A stretch of 64,000 bases of DNA from the NCBI GenBank assembly GCA_000092065.1, contig CP000588.1; one strand, written 5' to 3'. Both the position numbers and the translations under genes were made by a program. Each line of letters begins with the position of its first letter. Position 1 is the stretch's first letter. This stretch comes from Ostreococcus lucimarinus. Lineage: Eukaryota. Below the pieces are notes generated by a model. The model was not told the origin of the DNA and did not search any database. It saw only the letters and a list, made by a program, of their open reading frames with translations. Shown here in pieces: positions 40,284 to 49,957 of this stretch.

Positions 40284-42437
40284 ATGGCGAAGAAACAGCG
40301 CGGCGGCGGCGGTCGCGCCGGTGGAGGCTCGAACGCCTCCGGAAGCGCGCAGAAGGAGAAACCTAAACACTCCATGAGCGTCACGAATCGCACGAACAAC
40401 ATGAACCCGCACGAGCGCAGCGCGGCGACGGTGCGGCGTTTGGCCATGTACAAGCAAAAGGCGGTGCGAGATAAAAAGGGGAAAATTTTAAAGCAAGACT
40501 TGCAGAGTAAGGCTTTGCCGTCGACGCGAATCGTGCCCGATCGACGATGGTTCGGGAACACGCGGGTGATTGGGCAGAAACAGTTGGAGGAGTTTCGAGA
40601 GGAGATGGCGACGAAGAGCCGAGACGGATACACGGTGCTCATTAAACAAAAGAAGCTGCCGCTGTCGTTGCTCAAGGATGAGGAGCGAGGACGAGCCCGT
40701 CGAGTGAATTTATTGAGTCAGAGCACGTTTGCGGAAACGTTCGGGGCGAATAAGAGACGGAAAAAGCCTAAACTGGCGATGGATAATCTCGAAGCCATGC
40801 TTAGCACGGCGTCAAAGATGGGGGAAGTTTATCAAGAAGGCGTGGAAACTGGCGCGATTATGGATAGGGACTTGATGCGCGCTGATGACGGTGTGCGAGT
40901 GGAAGCTAAGCAGAGCATGTTTGAAAAGGGACAATCCAAGCGTATTTGGGGTGAGTTGTATAAGGTTGTCGATTCTTCGGACGTCATCATTCAAGTTTTG
41001 GATGTTCGCGATCCCATGGGGACGAGGTGCTACCATCTCGAGCAACACTTAAAAAAGGACGCGATGAAGCGACATAAGCACATGATTCTGCTGTTGAACA
41101 AAGTTGATTTGGTCCCCGCGTGGGTCACAAAGCGTTGGTTACACACGTTGTCGCGTGAGTTCCCCACGATTGCGTTTCATGCGTCAGTGAGTAATCCGTT
41201 TGGTAAAGGAGCCGTGTTGTCTCTCCTTCGTCAGTTTAGCCGTCTTCGAATGGACAAGCAAAACATCTCTGTGGGTTTTGTGGGGTATCCCAACGTCGGG
41301 AAGTCGTCAGTGATTAACGCACTGCGTTCTAAACGCGTGTGCCTGACTGCGCCTATTCCGGGTGAAACCAAGGTTTGGCAGTATGTCAACCTCACGAAGA
41401 GAATTTTCTTGATTGATTGCCCAGGCGTCGTGTACCAGGACACTGAAGACACCGACACGGATGCCGTACTCAAGGGTGTAGTTCGTATATCCAATCTCGA
41501 AGATGCGCAAGAGCATATTCCTGATGTGATCGCTCGAGTCAAAGCTGAGTATTTGCGACGAGCATACAAGACGCCAAGTTGGACCGATCCTGACGACTTT
41601 CTGCGTCAAGTTGCTCGTATGAGTGGTAAATTACTCAAGGGTGGCGAAGAGGACGTAAACGCCGTCGCAAAATCTATTTTGCACGATTGGCAACGTGGTC
41701 GCATTCCGTGGTTCACGCCGCCACCTTCTCTTCCTGATGGACCGTCTCAAACGACCGTAAACGTGTTAGAAACTGCGTCCTCTGCGGAAAAAGACGCCGC
41801 GCAAGGCTTTGCTTCGGCGGCGGCAGAAGTGACGATGAAGCAAGTCCATCGGCGGATGCCACAGGCGCATGGTTTATTTGACGAAGAAGATAGACACGAT
41901 CAAGAGTACGCGACGGAGGATGAAGATGAACCAGAATCTGAGGACGACGGTGAAGGAGACGACGACGACGAGGACGACGGCAAGGCGAACAAGTCTAAGC
42001 GCAAGCGCGAAGAAGTATCCGACGAGGACGAACGACAGGATGAAGACGAACATGGCGAACTATCTGAAAGCGAAGACGTCGATCTTAACGATGAACGCGT
42101 CGGCGATGGTGTTGACGCGGAAACTCTCAAGAAGTTTGCGTCCGACGAAGACGAAGACGAAGACGACGAAGACGACAAGGGGAACGACAGCGATAGCGAC
42201 AGCGACGGTTACGGCCCGGGAGGTTTATCATTCGATCAGGTACTCGCTGAAATGAAAGGTGAGGTCAAAGAGAAGCCATCTGGTGTCAGTGGTAAATCCA
42301 CGGCGAAGAAATCGCGCGATAACAAGCGCAAGAGCGCCGACGCCTTTGGCGCCTCATCCTCGGGCAAAGAAGAGCGCACGGTGAGTTTCGTCCCCTCGAA
42401 GAAAAAGTCTGCCGCTCGCAAACCCGTTCGGAAGTAG
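40284..42437 (+). CDS. NOG2: Nucleolar GTPase NOG2/NGP1/GNL2 (circularly permuted GTPase; pre-60S biogenesis) with a long acidic C-terminal extension
   Basis: 717 aa. Permuted G-motifs ..MILLLNKVDLVPAW.. (G4) before ..VGFVGYPNVGKSSVINAL.. (G1) and ..LIDCPGVV.. (G3). N-terminal ..KHSMSVTNRTNNMNPHER..; Asp/Glu-rich tail. Confidence 0.9.
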   Translation: MAKKQRGGGGRAGGGSNASGSAQKEKPKHSMSVTNRTNNMNPHERSAATVRRLAMYKQKAVRDKKGKILKQDLQSKALPSTRIVPDRRWFGNTRVIGQKQLEEFREEMATKSRDGYTVLIKQKKLPLSLLKDEERGRARRVNLLSQSTFAETFGANKRRKKPKLAMDNLEAMLSTASKMGEVYQEGVETGAIMDRDLMRADDGVRVEAKQSMFEKGQSKRIWGELYKVVDSSDVIIQVLDVRDPMGTRCYHLEQHLKKDAMKRHKHMILLLNKVDLVPAWVTKRWLHTLSREFPTIAFHASVSNPFGKGAVLSLLRQFSRLRMDKQNISVGFVGYPNVGKSSVINALRSKRVCLTAPIPGETKVWQYVNLTKRIFLIDCPGVVYQDTEDTDTDAVLKGVVRISNLEDAQEHIPDVIARVKAEYLRRAYKTPSWTDPDDFLRQVARMSGKLLKGGEEDVNAVAKSILHDWQRGRIPWFTPPPSLPDGPSQTTVNVLETASSAEKDAAQGFASAAAEVTMKQVHRRMPQAHGLFDEEDRHDQEYATEDEDEPESEDDGEGDDDDEDDGKANKSKRKREEVSDEDERQDEDEHGELSESEDVDLNDERVGDGVDAETLKKFASDEDEDEDDEDDKGNDSDSDSDGYGPGGLSFDQVLAEMKGEVKEKPSGVSGKSTAKKSRDNKRKSADAFGASSSGKEERTVSFVPSKKKSAARKPVRK

Positions 42438-42704
42438 TGCACACTTTGTTGTAAACTCATTCAACTGTAGACTTATTCAACCGCCTTTTTTAGCTCACGA
42501 ACGCGAGCTCCAAAAGGATTCGTTCCTGCACCACGCGTCGTCCAGGCTAAATTTGGCCGATAACGCTCGTTTTGTCTTCCCGTCTCCCACCGAAAACGCC
42601 AAAACGGCTGCGTCACAATAAGGACGCGCGGTCGACGCCGTGAGCGAGCGAGCGCGTCTCGGGACGCGTTAATAGTGCCACGCCCGTCGAACACTTACCG
42701 CCTC

Positions 42705-43787
42705 ATGTCCACAGCACTCGCCGCGCTCGCAACGACGGCGATGGCGACGACGACCGCGTGGGCGACCGCCGAGGACACTGCGAGAAAAGATCTTGACGAC
42801 GCGGCGAAACGCTGCGACGACGACGCTCACCGCTGGAGAAAGTATGGACACAAGAAGATCGGAAAGCGAGATAAAACGTCGAACGACCTCAGCGAGCGAT
42901 CGTATTACCGATGCTCGTTCGAAGGATGCCCAGCGCGAAAGCGCGTCGGGTGGTGTCCAGAGACAGGACACACGCGCGTGTGGTATGAATTCGAGCACAC
43001 GTGCGGGCAAGTGATGCGCGGACCGTGTTCGCAGTGCGGTACGAAAGAGTCACCGCAGTGGCGCCGCGGGACTTGCGCGAAACCGGTGCTTTGTAACGCG
43101 TGTGGGGTGCGTTACAGGAAGACGCAAGCGGTGCGTGACGAGACAGACGAAATGAACGCACAAGGTCCGGTTAAGAAGCGCCCTATGGTCACGGATCCTG
43201 CGAATAACGACGTTGGTGAGAAGAGAGCGAATGTTGTTACCAGTAATGGACAGGTTGCGCGTATAAAGAGAGGAAGGTCGAAAAAGTCAGTGCCCAAAGA
43301 GCTTTTATCAGCCGCCAAGCGGGTCGTGGAGCTCAGTCGAGCGCCGGAGGGAAATTCGCTGTTTCAGCACGTTTTGATTCCACGCGCGCCGCGGACGAGC
43401 GCCACAGTCGCGACAAAGCCATTGATACCCGCACCAAAGCCGTTGACTGTACCGGAAGGCGTTAGAAACATCCGGTTGTTCGCTCGCGTGCAAACTGAAA
43501 ACGGCAACAAGACGGTGCTGAAGCCAGTGCGCGTGATGGTTTCATCGCAAGTCGAAGTCGAGAAGCTCCGCACCCAACTTACCATCAGAGATGCGAGCTT
43601 GAAGGCCGAACGAGCTCGTGCGCAAGCACTCGAGGCGAAAGTCAATTTTTTGCGCGCTCAGTTAGAGTGCAAAGCTCTTCGCGCGCGCCTGCGCGAAACG
43701 GCAGTCAGCAAGGCACCGGAAGAACGGCCGAGATCGTCGCCATCGATGAACGAGCAGGCGCGCGAGAAATTGGAAGTAGATTTGTAG
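42705..43787 (+). CDS. WRKY plus GATA zinc-finger fusion transcription factor with a C-terminal coiled coil
   Basis: WRKY domain: ..HRWRKYGHKKIGKRDKTSNDLSERSYYRCSFEGCPARKRVGWCPETGHTRVWYEFEHTC (WRKYGxK heptad plus Cx5C..HxC). Plant-type GATA finger with an 18-residue loop: CSQCGTKESPQWRRGTCAKPVLCNACGVRYRK. Coiled coil ..EVEKLRTQLTIRDASLKAERARAQALEAKVNFLRAQLE... The track ORF starts on GTG at 42675. Confidence 0.7.
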   Translation: MSTALAALATTAMATTTAWATAEDTARKDLDDAAKRCDDDAHRWRKYGHKKIGKRDKTSNDLSERSYYRCSFEGCPARKRVGWCPETGHTRVWYEFEHTCGQVMRGPCSQCGTKESPQWRRGTCAKPVLCNACGVRYRKTQAVRDETDEMNAQGPVKKRPMVTDPANNDVGEKRANVVTSNGQVARIKRGRSKKSVPKELLSAAKRVVELSRAPEGNSLFQHVLIPRAPRTSATVATKPLIPAPKPLTVPEGVRNIRLFARVQTENGNKTVLKPVRVMVSSQVEVEKLRTQLTIRDASLKAERARAQALEAKVNFLRAQLECKALRARLRETAVSKAPEERPRSSPSMNEQAREKLEVDL

Positions 43788-43848
43788 AGTAAACATAAAG
43801 CGCGTAAGTGTCTAAAATAATACCAACAACATTCTAATGGCGAATCAC

Positions 43849-44748
43849 CTAGCGAGGCTGTTGCATCTCCGCGGCGTCGCCGATGAGTGGAAGCTTGATT
43901 TCCTTCCCAGCGGTTGAACCGACGGCGCCGACGGTGCAGCAGATGTACGTGAACAAAAACACACTGTTGAAAAAGATGATTTCCGCTTGTAGTCCAGCTC
44001 CTCCGGTCGGTCCCGAGCCATCGATCCCTTGAAACGTTCGCGTCAAGAGGTCCGGCACGATTAACAAAATATCCAACAGCACCGCTTGTTGCGCATTGAA
44101 TCGCACAAAACGCTTCATGTTTTGATTTTGCACGACGCCCAAGTAAGTGGCGAAAAACACCGCAATCTGCAAAAACCCGAGGTTGAACCAAAGCGAAATC
44201 AGGGGACTGAGCGGCAGCAGCGCGAGACTGAACGCGGGAAACTGAAGCAACAAAAACTTGCTATACTTCAAGCTATCCAACAGCGGCAACATGTAAACCA
44301 ACGCCGCGATCGCGCGTTCGCTGTAATCATACTCCTCCTCCGGTGCGTTCTTATTCTGTCCTCGTCCTTGTCCCATCATTCCCGCCTTCTCTCGCGCGAT
44401 CCTCGCCTGGGCTTTCGCCAAATCCGCCGCCACTCTCGCGCCGTCCGCCTTGGCCTCCGCGTCCAGCGCCCTCGGCGGCGCCGCCGCCGGTTCCTCCCTC
44501 TCCGGCACCGCCCCGAAGTCCCCGAGCAATTTATCCAGGTTACTGATCGTCTCGTCTTCGTCTCCAGACGCGCGCATCACCGCGTCGCGCCGCGCGCGCG
44601 CGCCCACCACCGCGTCGAGCGCGCGATGAAGATGACGCTCGCGCCGCGTCGCGCGCGCCGAAACGCGTCGCGCGTCGCGCGTCGCCGTCGTCGTCGCGCG
44701 TCGCGGTGCGGCGCACGCACCGCGCGCGCACTGCGATGACGCGATCAT
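43849..44748 (-). CDS. TIC20: Tic20 family chloroplast inner-envelope translocon protein with a transit peptide. The track ORF extends on TTG to 44868.
   Basis: ..ERAIAALVYMLPLLDSLKYSKFLLLQFP..ATYLGVVQNQNMKRFVRFNAQQAVLLDILLIVPDLL..IFFNSVFLFTYICCTVGAVGSTAGKEIKLPLIGDAAEMQ matches Tic20 (..ylLPl.dgl...r.....P.........Y..VVrn...srFvRFnamQailLDill..P.l.....kvP.lP.igdaAe). Confidence 0.75.
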   Translation of the reverse strand: MIASSQCARGACAAPRRATTTATRDARRVSARATRRERHLHRALDAVVGARARRDAVMRASGDEDETISNLDKLLGDFGAVPEREEPAAAPPRALDAEAKADGARVAADLAKAQARIAREKAGMMGQGRGQNKNAPEEEYDYSERAIAALVYMLPLLDSLKYSKFLLLQFPAFSLALLPLSPLISLWFNLGFLQIAVFFATYLGVVQNQNMKRFVRFNAQQAVLLDILLIVPDLLTRTFQGIDGSGPTGGAGLQAEIIFFNSVFLFTYICCTVGAVGSTAGKEIKLPLIGDAAEMQQPR

Positions 44749-44882
44749 CGCCACCGAGCGTCGAGGAGTGCGGCGACGGCGACGCGCGCGCGCGAGTCCC
44801 ACTCGCGAAACGCGTGACGTCGATCGAGCGTGATTTTTTAGAGCCGCGCGACGTCGCGCGAACAACAATCGTAAAGTCGAAA

Positions 44883-45486
44883 TTACATGCCCTGAGACGC
44901 CAAGTAGTCGCCGAACTGCTCGACGTGCGCGCTGACTTGTCTCGTCTCCAAGTTATCGCCGTGAATGCCGATCACGAACGCCGTTTTGGTCTTTTTGATC
45001 ACGACGCCGTGCTGCGCGCCGCGCTTGCCGCGCACGACGCCGTAGTCGTCGCCGCCGTTGAGAAAGACGTAGCGCGAGCCACCGATGGTGATGCCCTCGC
45101 TCGCGCGCTCGATGGGATCAGCGAATAACGCCATCAACGCCCGCGCTTCATCGGCGTTGAAACCTGGGAATTGCGCGCTTTGTCCCCAGACGTTTCCCGC
45201 GTGGTCCGCGATGCAGCACGCGCTCAGCGCCGCGGCGTCGCCGTCGGGGACGGCGATCACGCTCAGCGACTCGATCATGGCCTGCGATCGACGATATGAT
45301 CATCGCGCCCGTCATCGTCAGTCCCCGCGCGCGTCTTCGCGTCCGTCCGCGTCGTCATCATCGAGTCTCTTCCCACGCCGACGAGACGTTTCGTTCGTTC
45401 GTTCGTTCGTTCGTTCGTTCGTTCGTTCGTTCGTTCGCGCCGTCGCCGTCGTCGTCTCGTCTCGCACGCACGTCCCAGCCCGACAT
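44883..45486 (-). CDS. PFN: Profilin, two exons: exon 2 = 44883..45281, intron ~45282..45471 (190 nt, containing a (TTCG)n microsatellite), exon 1 = ~45472..45486 (MSGWD).
   Basis: Exon 2: A-MIESLSVIAVPDGDAAALSACCIADHAGNVWGQSAQFPGFNADE..RYVFLNGGDDYGVVRGKRGAQHGVVIKKTKTAFVIGIHGDNLETRQVSAHVEQFGDYLASQGM (profilin fold). The canonical N-terminal MSW..YVDEHL is restored only by splicing exon 1 (MSGWD|AMIESL). Donor GTGCGTGCGAG; branch ggGGACTGACGatgacgg; tcgCAG acceptor 3 nt before the track ATG. Confidence 0.8.
45388..45437. repeat. (TTCG)n tetranucleotide microsatellite, about 12 units, inside the profilin 5' intron
   Basis: gtttcgttcgttcgttcg... perfect run. Confidence 0.85.
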
Positions 45487-45718
45487 CGTCGTCGTCGTCG
45501 TCCGCGCGCGCGTCTCGCGCTCGATCGCCCCCCCGCGTCGCTCGCGCCGCGCTCTGCGTCGTCGGAGCGACGCGACGGCGACGCGACGCGACGCGACGAC
45601 GGCCTGACGGCGCAACACCTGTTGCGAGATCTGGGTGTCCGCGGGACACCCAGACGCGCGCGGACGACGCGGTGAACGAGGAAAACGCGAACGAAAGACC
45701 GCTCGCGCGCGGACGCCG

Positions 45719-46633
45719 ATGTCGAACCACCCGAGCGTGGCGTGGAGCGCCGCGCGCGTGGCGCTGGGCGTGCTGTTTTGGGAGGGACAATTTCAGATCT
45801 CGAAACAATGCTTTGCGAAGAGATTGCCGGAGACGAGCGAGAAGGAACGGACGTATAAACGCGCGGTGAGCTCGTACATCGTGTCGTTCGTGCACGCGTT
45901 TTTCTTGACGTGGGCGGGGTGGAGGATCGTGTTTAAACTGCGACTGGGGAGCGTGGCGGAACGACTGTCGCTGTACGCCAACGCGGACGCGTCCTTCGTG
46001 GGATTCGTCGAGGTCGTGACGATCGCGTTTTTTAGTTACGTGGTGTATGATTTGTTACACGTGATTGAACAGTACCCAGATTTGGGAGGCGTGGATATCT
46101 TGGCGCATCACTTGGGGTTTTTCACCGCGTCGCTGTTGGCGTACGCGTACGGGGCGTATCCTTTCATGTTGGGGTGGTTGTGCACGTGCGAGACGTCGAC
46201 GCCCATACTCAACACGCGGTTTTTCATCAAGTCGTGGCGAGAGATGGAGTACACGCTACCGAATATCGATGCCTTGGCGAAATTTTTCGGGATGAAGACA
46301 CGAGGCGTGGTGGCTGGCAACTGGCTCGAGTATTACGTGAGCGTGGCGTTTTTGTGGGTCTTTGTTGCCGTACGCGTGGTGGGTTACGGTGGCGCCTTGA
46401 TCGCGTTGACGTTTGATTTGAAGTCAGTGGAGGATAATTACATCCCGTACCCCGTGCGGGCGACGCTGTACGCACTCACGTGCTGTGGATTTGTACTCAA
46501 CGCCGTCTGGACGTACAAGATTTACGGGATGGTCAAGCACTTTCGCCGAAAGACGTTGAAGCAGCGCGACGCGTGCGAAGAGCCGATCAGCGACAGCGAA
46601 GAGGAAGATCCCTCGGTCCAAAAGCGAAGTTAG
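45719..46633 (+). CDS. TLC (TRAM/LAG1/CLN8) domain membrane protein, TLCD4/TMEM56-like. The track ORF extends on GTG to 45635.
   Basis: 304 aa from MSNHPSVAW. TM helices with ..DILAHHLGFFTASLLAYAYGAYPFMLGWLCTCETSTPILNTRFF.. (the HH-containing Lag1p-like motif characteristic of TLC domains). Confidence 0.55.
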   Translation: MSNHPSVAWSAARVALGVLFWEGQFQISKQCFAKRLPETSEKERTYKRAVSSYIVSFVHAFFLTWAGWRIVFKLRLGSVAERLSLYANADASFVGFVEVVTIAFFSYVVYDLLHVIEQYPDLGGVDILAHHLGFFTASLLAYAYGAYPFMLGWLCTCETSTPILNTRFFIKSWREMEYTLPNIDALAKFFGMKTRGVVAGNWLEYYVSVAFLWVFVAVRVVGYGGALIALTFDLKSVEDNYIPYPVRATLYALTCCGFVLNAVWTYKIYGMVKHFRRKTLKQRDACEEPISDSEEEDPSVQKRS

Positions 46634-46728
46634 TATTTTAGCGTGTTTGGGTTGGCGATGATGTAAACCGTAGTTTGTTGTGCATATATGAAGAATTCTT
46701 GTTTAAGTGACTACAACCTGTGCGCCGC

Positions 46729-48108
46729 TTAGCGGCGCATGAAACCGCCGCCGCCTCTGCGTTCGCTGCCTCGGTTCCACGGGAGTCTCGACTCTCTCGG
46801 CGGCGCGGGTGCATCGTCTTGTTGTCGCGAGCGGCCTCCAACTGCAGCTTGTTCGCGGAATTTACCACCCGGTCCAGCTGGTTGGAAACCCGTCGCGACG
46901 ATGGTCACCGCGATTTCACCCGTGTGCTTCTCGTCGACGACAGAACCGAAGATGACGTTCGCTGACGGGTCCGCAAGCGAGGTGACGACTTCGGAAACGG
47001 TGTTGACCTCCATGAGCGTCATGTCCGGACCACCGGTGATGTTAAACACGATACCAGTCGCTCGGTCAATGGAGTGCTCAACGAGAGGAGCGCTCATGGC
47101 GGCTCTCGCGGCCTCCTCGGCGCGGCCCTTACCGCTCGCCACGCCGACACCGAGCATGGCGGTACCGCTGTCCTTCATTACCGCGCGAACATCGGCGAAA
47201 TCGACGTTGACGAGACCTGGAATCGTGATAATGTCAGAAATACCTTGCACACCTTGACGCAAGACGTCGTCGGCGAGCAAAAACGCCTCCTGAAGAGCAG
47301 TGCCTTCCTCCACGACATCGAGCAAGCGATCGTTCGGAATAACGATCAAAGTGTCAACATTCGCTCTAAGCGCTTCGATGGCTTCGGTGGCTTGTTGAAT
47401 TCGTCGTCTTCCTTCGAACGAGAAGGGGTACGTCACGACGCCGACGGTCAAGATGCCCTTCTCGCGCGACATCTTCGCAACCACCGGCGCGGACCCACTC
47501 CCGGTTCCGCCGCCCATGCCCGCGGTAATGAACACGAGATCGGCGCCCAATACTGCCCGTTCGAGCTCCTGTCGGCTTTCAGTCGCCGCGATCTCCCCGA
47601 GCTCAGGGTTACCGCCCGCGCCCAAGCCTCGCGTCACCTGCTCGCCGATTTGGCACTTGTTCGGCGCGAGCGAGTTCACCAGCGCCTGAGAATCCGTGTT
47701 GACCGCCCAGAATTCCACGCCCTACCGCGTCGAAACATCACACCGCCGTCAGTCATTCGCGTCCGCGCGCCGTTCGTCGAGCGCGTCGTCGCGCGCGCGT
47801 CCTCGACCCGCGGCTTCGTCGTCGCGTTTGAATCGCGCGCGCCAGACGCGGCGCCAGCTCGCGCGTCCCACCTGTAATCCGCTGCTGATCATGCGATTCA
47901 CCGCGTTCCCGCCCCCCCCGCCGCATCCGATCACCTTGATCACCGCCGCGCTCGCCCTCGCGTCCACCGCGCGTCGTCGCGCGCGCGTCGTTCCTCCCAC
48001 GCGTCGCGTCCGCGTCGCCATCGGCGTTCGCCCGAACGCCGCGAGCTCGTTCGTCTTCGCGCGCGCGCGCGCGCCGAGCGCGCCGTGCGCGCGCGTCATC
48101 GCCGCCAT
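46729..48108 (-). CDS. FTSZ: Plastid-division FtsZ with a transit peptide, two exons: exon 2 = 46729..47721, intron ~47722..47871 (150 nt), exon 1 = ~47872..48108.
   Basis: Exon 1 ..[17 protein letters not shown]..(transit peptide)..[25 protein letters not shown] | exon 2 [45 protein letters not shown]... The splice lands inside the universally conserved NRMI.SGLQ|GVEF(W/Y)A(I/V)NTD segment. Donor GTGGGACG; branch aaTGACTGACGgcgg; gcgGTAG. Track ORFs 46729..47718 and 47749..48684 are the two halves in different frames. Confidence 0.9.
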
Positions 48109-48216
48109 CGCGAGCGTCGATATCGGATGCTCGACCGGTCGTGCGCGCGCGTGTGACGGCGCGGGCGCGAGTCGCGCGCGACGGATCGTCGTCCCAGCGC
48201 GATTTCGAACGAAACA

Positions 48217-49711
48217 ATGATTTTGGCGGGAACCCGCGGACCGGGGCGGGGCGACACCGCGGCGACACCGCGGCGCGCGCGAGCGAGCGCGATGGTGCAC
48301 GCGAGCGGGACGAGCGACGTGGACGTGCGTGAACGAACGAACGCGCGGGCGACCGCGCGCGCGCGCGAGGAGCGCGAGCGCGAGCGCGACGCCGCGACGA
48401 CGACGGGGGCGGGAGACTGACGGGAACGGGAACGGGAACGCGCGCAGAGCTCGCAATTGCGAGTGAAGATGACGGGACGACCGCTGCCGAGATGCGCGGA
48501 CGAAGAACTCGGGTTCGGGACGGTGCGCGCGCGATGCGAGGCGACGCGCGCGCGCGTTGGGCTTTGATTCGGGACGCGGCTTTGGTTTGTGCTTTGGTCG
48601 GGGCGACGCGAGGAGGCAAAAGGGGACGCGATGACCGATGACTGACGACGCGCGCGGGGACGATGTGAACGAACAGGTCATCACCGATCACATGTTGAAG
48701 ATTGAGTGGAACGTCGAGCGCGGTTGGAACCATCCGATGATTCTCCCGAGCGGACCGGTGGGGTTGCACCCGTTCGCGCACGTGTTTCATTACGCCGTGG
48801 AGTGCTACGAGGGCATGAAGGCGTACGTAGACAATAATGGATCGGTGCGATTGTTTAGGCCAGAGATGAACATGCAGAGATTTCGCGTCTCCGCGAAGCG
48901 AATGTCTCTCCCGGATTTCGACGGAGAGCAACTGCTAAAATGTATCGAAACGTTGGTTGACATAGACAAGGACTGGATTCCGAAGCAGAGAGGGTACTCT
49001 ATGTACCTGCGACCGGTGATTTTCTCCACTACGCCTTGGTTGGGCTTGACGCAGTGCGCGGAGGCGATGATTCTCGTGTTGTGCTGTCCCGTGGGGCCGT
49101 ATTTCAAGTCTGGATTCGTGCCGATTAAGTTGAGCGTCGACTCAAAGTACATTCGAGCGTGGCCTGGGGGCACCGGTAACGTCAAATCAGGCGGTAATTA
49201 CGGTCCTACGGTAATTTCTCAGGCCGCCGCGACCGCGAATGGGGCTTCTCAGTCGCTGTTCGTGTATGATAAGCACGAATACGTGACCGAGGCAGGGACG
49301 ATGAACATTTTCTTCCTCATTCGCAACGAGCAAGGGGTGAAACAACTCATCACGCCTTCGTTAAAAGATGGTACAATCTTGCCTGGAGTCACGAGGCAAA
49401 GCGTGATTGAGCTTAGCCAACAATGGAACGAATGTGAGACTGTAGAAAAGATGATTCCTTTCGCCGAGATCAAGGCGGCGTTTGAGAGAGGCGACGTGTT
49501 GGAAATCTTTGGCACCGGCACCGCCGCGGTGATCCAACCAATCAATGGTATCGTGTACGAAGGCAAGGAGTACAAACCGGTCGTTCCATTTGATGATTCG
49601 ATGCTTCAGGTTCGGCTCACGAATTTCCTCATCGGTGTGCAGTACGGAGACATCGATCACCCGTGGTCGCACGTCGTCCCACCCTCGACGACTTGGTCCA
49701 AACCCATGTGA
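48217..49711 (+). CDS. BCAT: Branched-chain amino-acid aminotransferase (PLP fold type IV) with a presequence, three exons: 48217..48324, 48448..48522 and 48677..49711, with introns ~48325..48447 (123 nt) and ~48523..48676 (154 nt).
   Basis: Exon 3 begins VITDHMLKIEWNVERGWNHPMILPSG.. and exon 2 ends ..CADEELGFGT, recreating the conserved ..L.FG..fTDHML..EW junction (human ..LVFGKTFTDHMLMVEW). Both donors are GTGCG(T/C). Branches are gaGACTGACGgg and gaTGACTGACGac; acceptors are CAG. The track ATG at 48638 lies inside intron 2 (atg act gac gac = the branch motif). Confidence 0.8.
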
Positions 49712-49957
49712 TGTGCGAGGCGGACACACAGTCGTTAAACAAGTCCCTTAAGTCTATTCTTCCACACATAGTTTTTAGCGCTCGACGGCTATTCTGTCGC
49801 GAGTATCTAATGTAAATCGCGTTGTTTCAAACTCTTTCACTAGCCAAGGCCAGAAAGGCCAAGTGACGGTCGACAACTCTTTTCTCTAGCGCCACACTCG
49901 TCAAACACCGCGCGTGCGAGACGCGGCGCGCGCGACGCGACGCAAAGCTCGATCAAA

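Noticed and set aside
42440-42660. A comparatively AT-rich 220-bp stretch between Nog2 and the WRKY–GATA gene, with a U-rich tract, considered as a possible snRNA or snoRNA
   Set aside because: No conserved snRNA boxes or Sm site. Its position immediately 3' of the Nog2 stop fits an ordinary 3' UTR/terminator plus the promoter of the next gene.
45601-45634. A possible additional intron 3' end (cCTGACGgcg..gcgAG) just upstream of the TLC gene GTG-extended ORF
   Set aside because: The motif matches only partially (not GACTGAC). The downstream ATG at 45719 gives a sensible N-terminus directly preceding the first TM helix, and no upstream coding exon with a matching donor was found.
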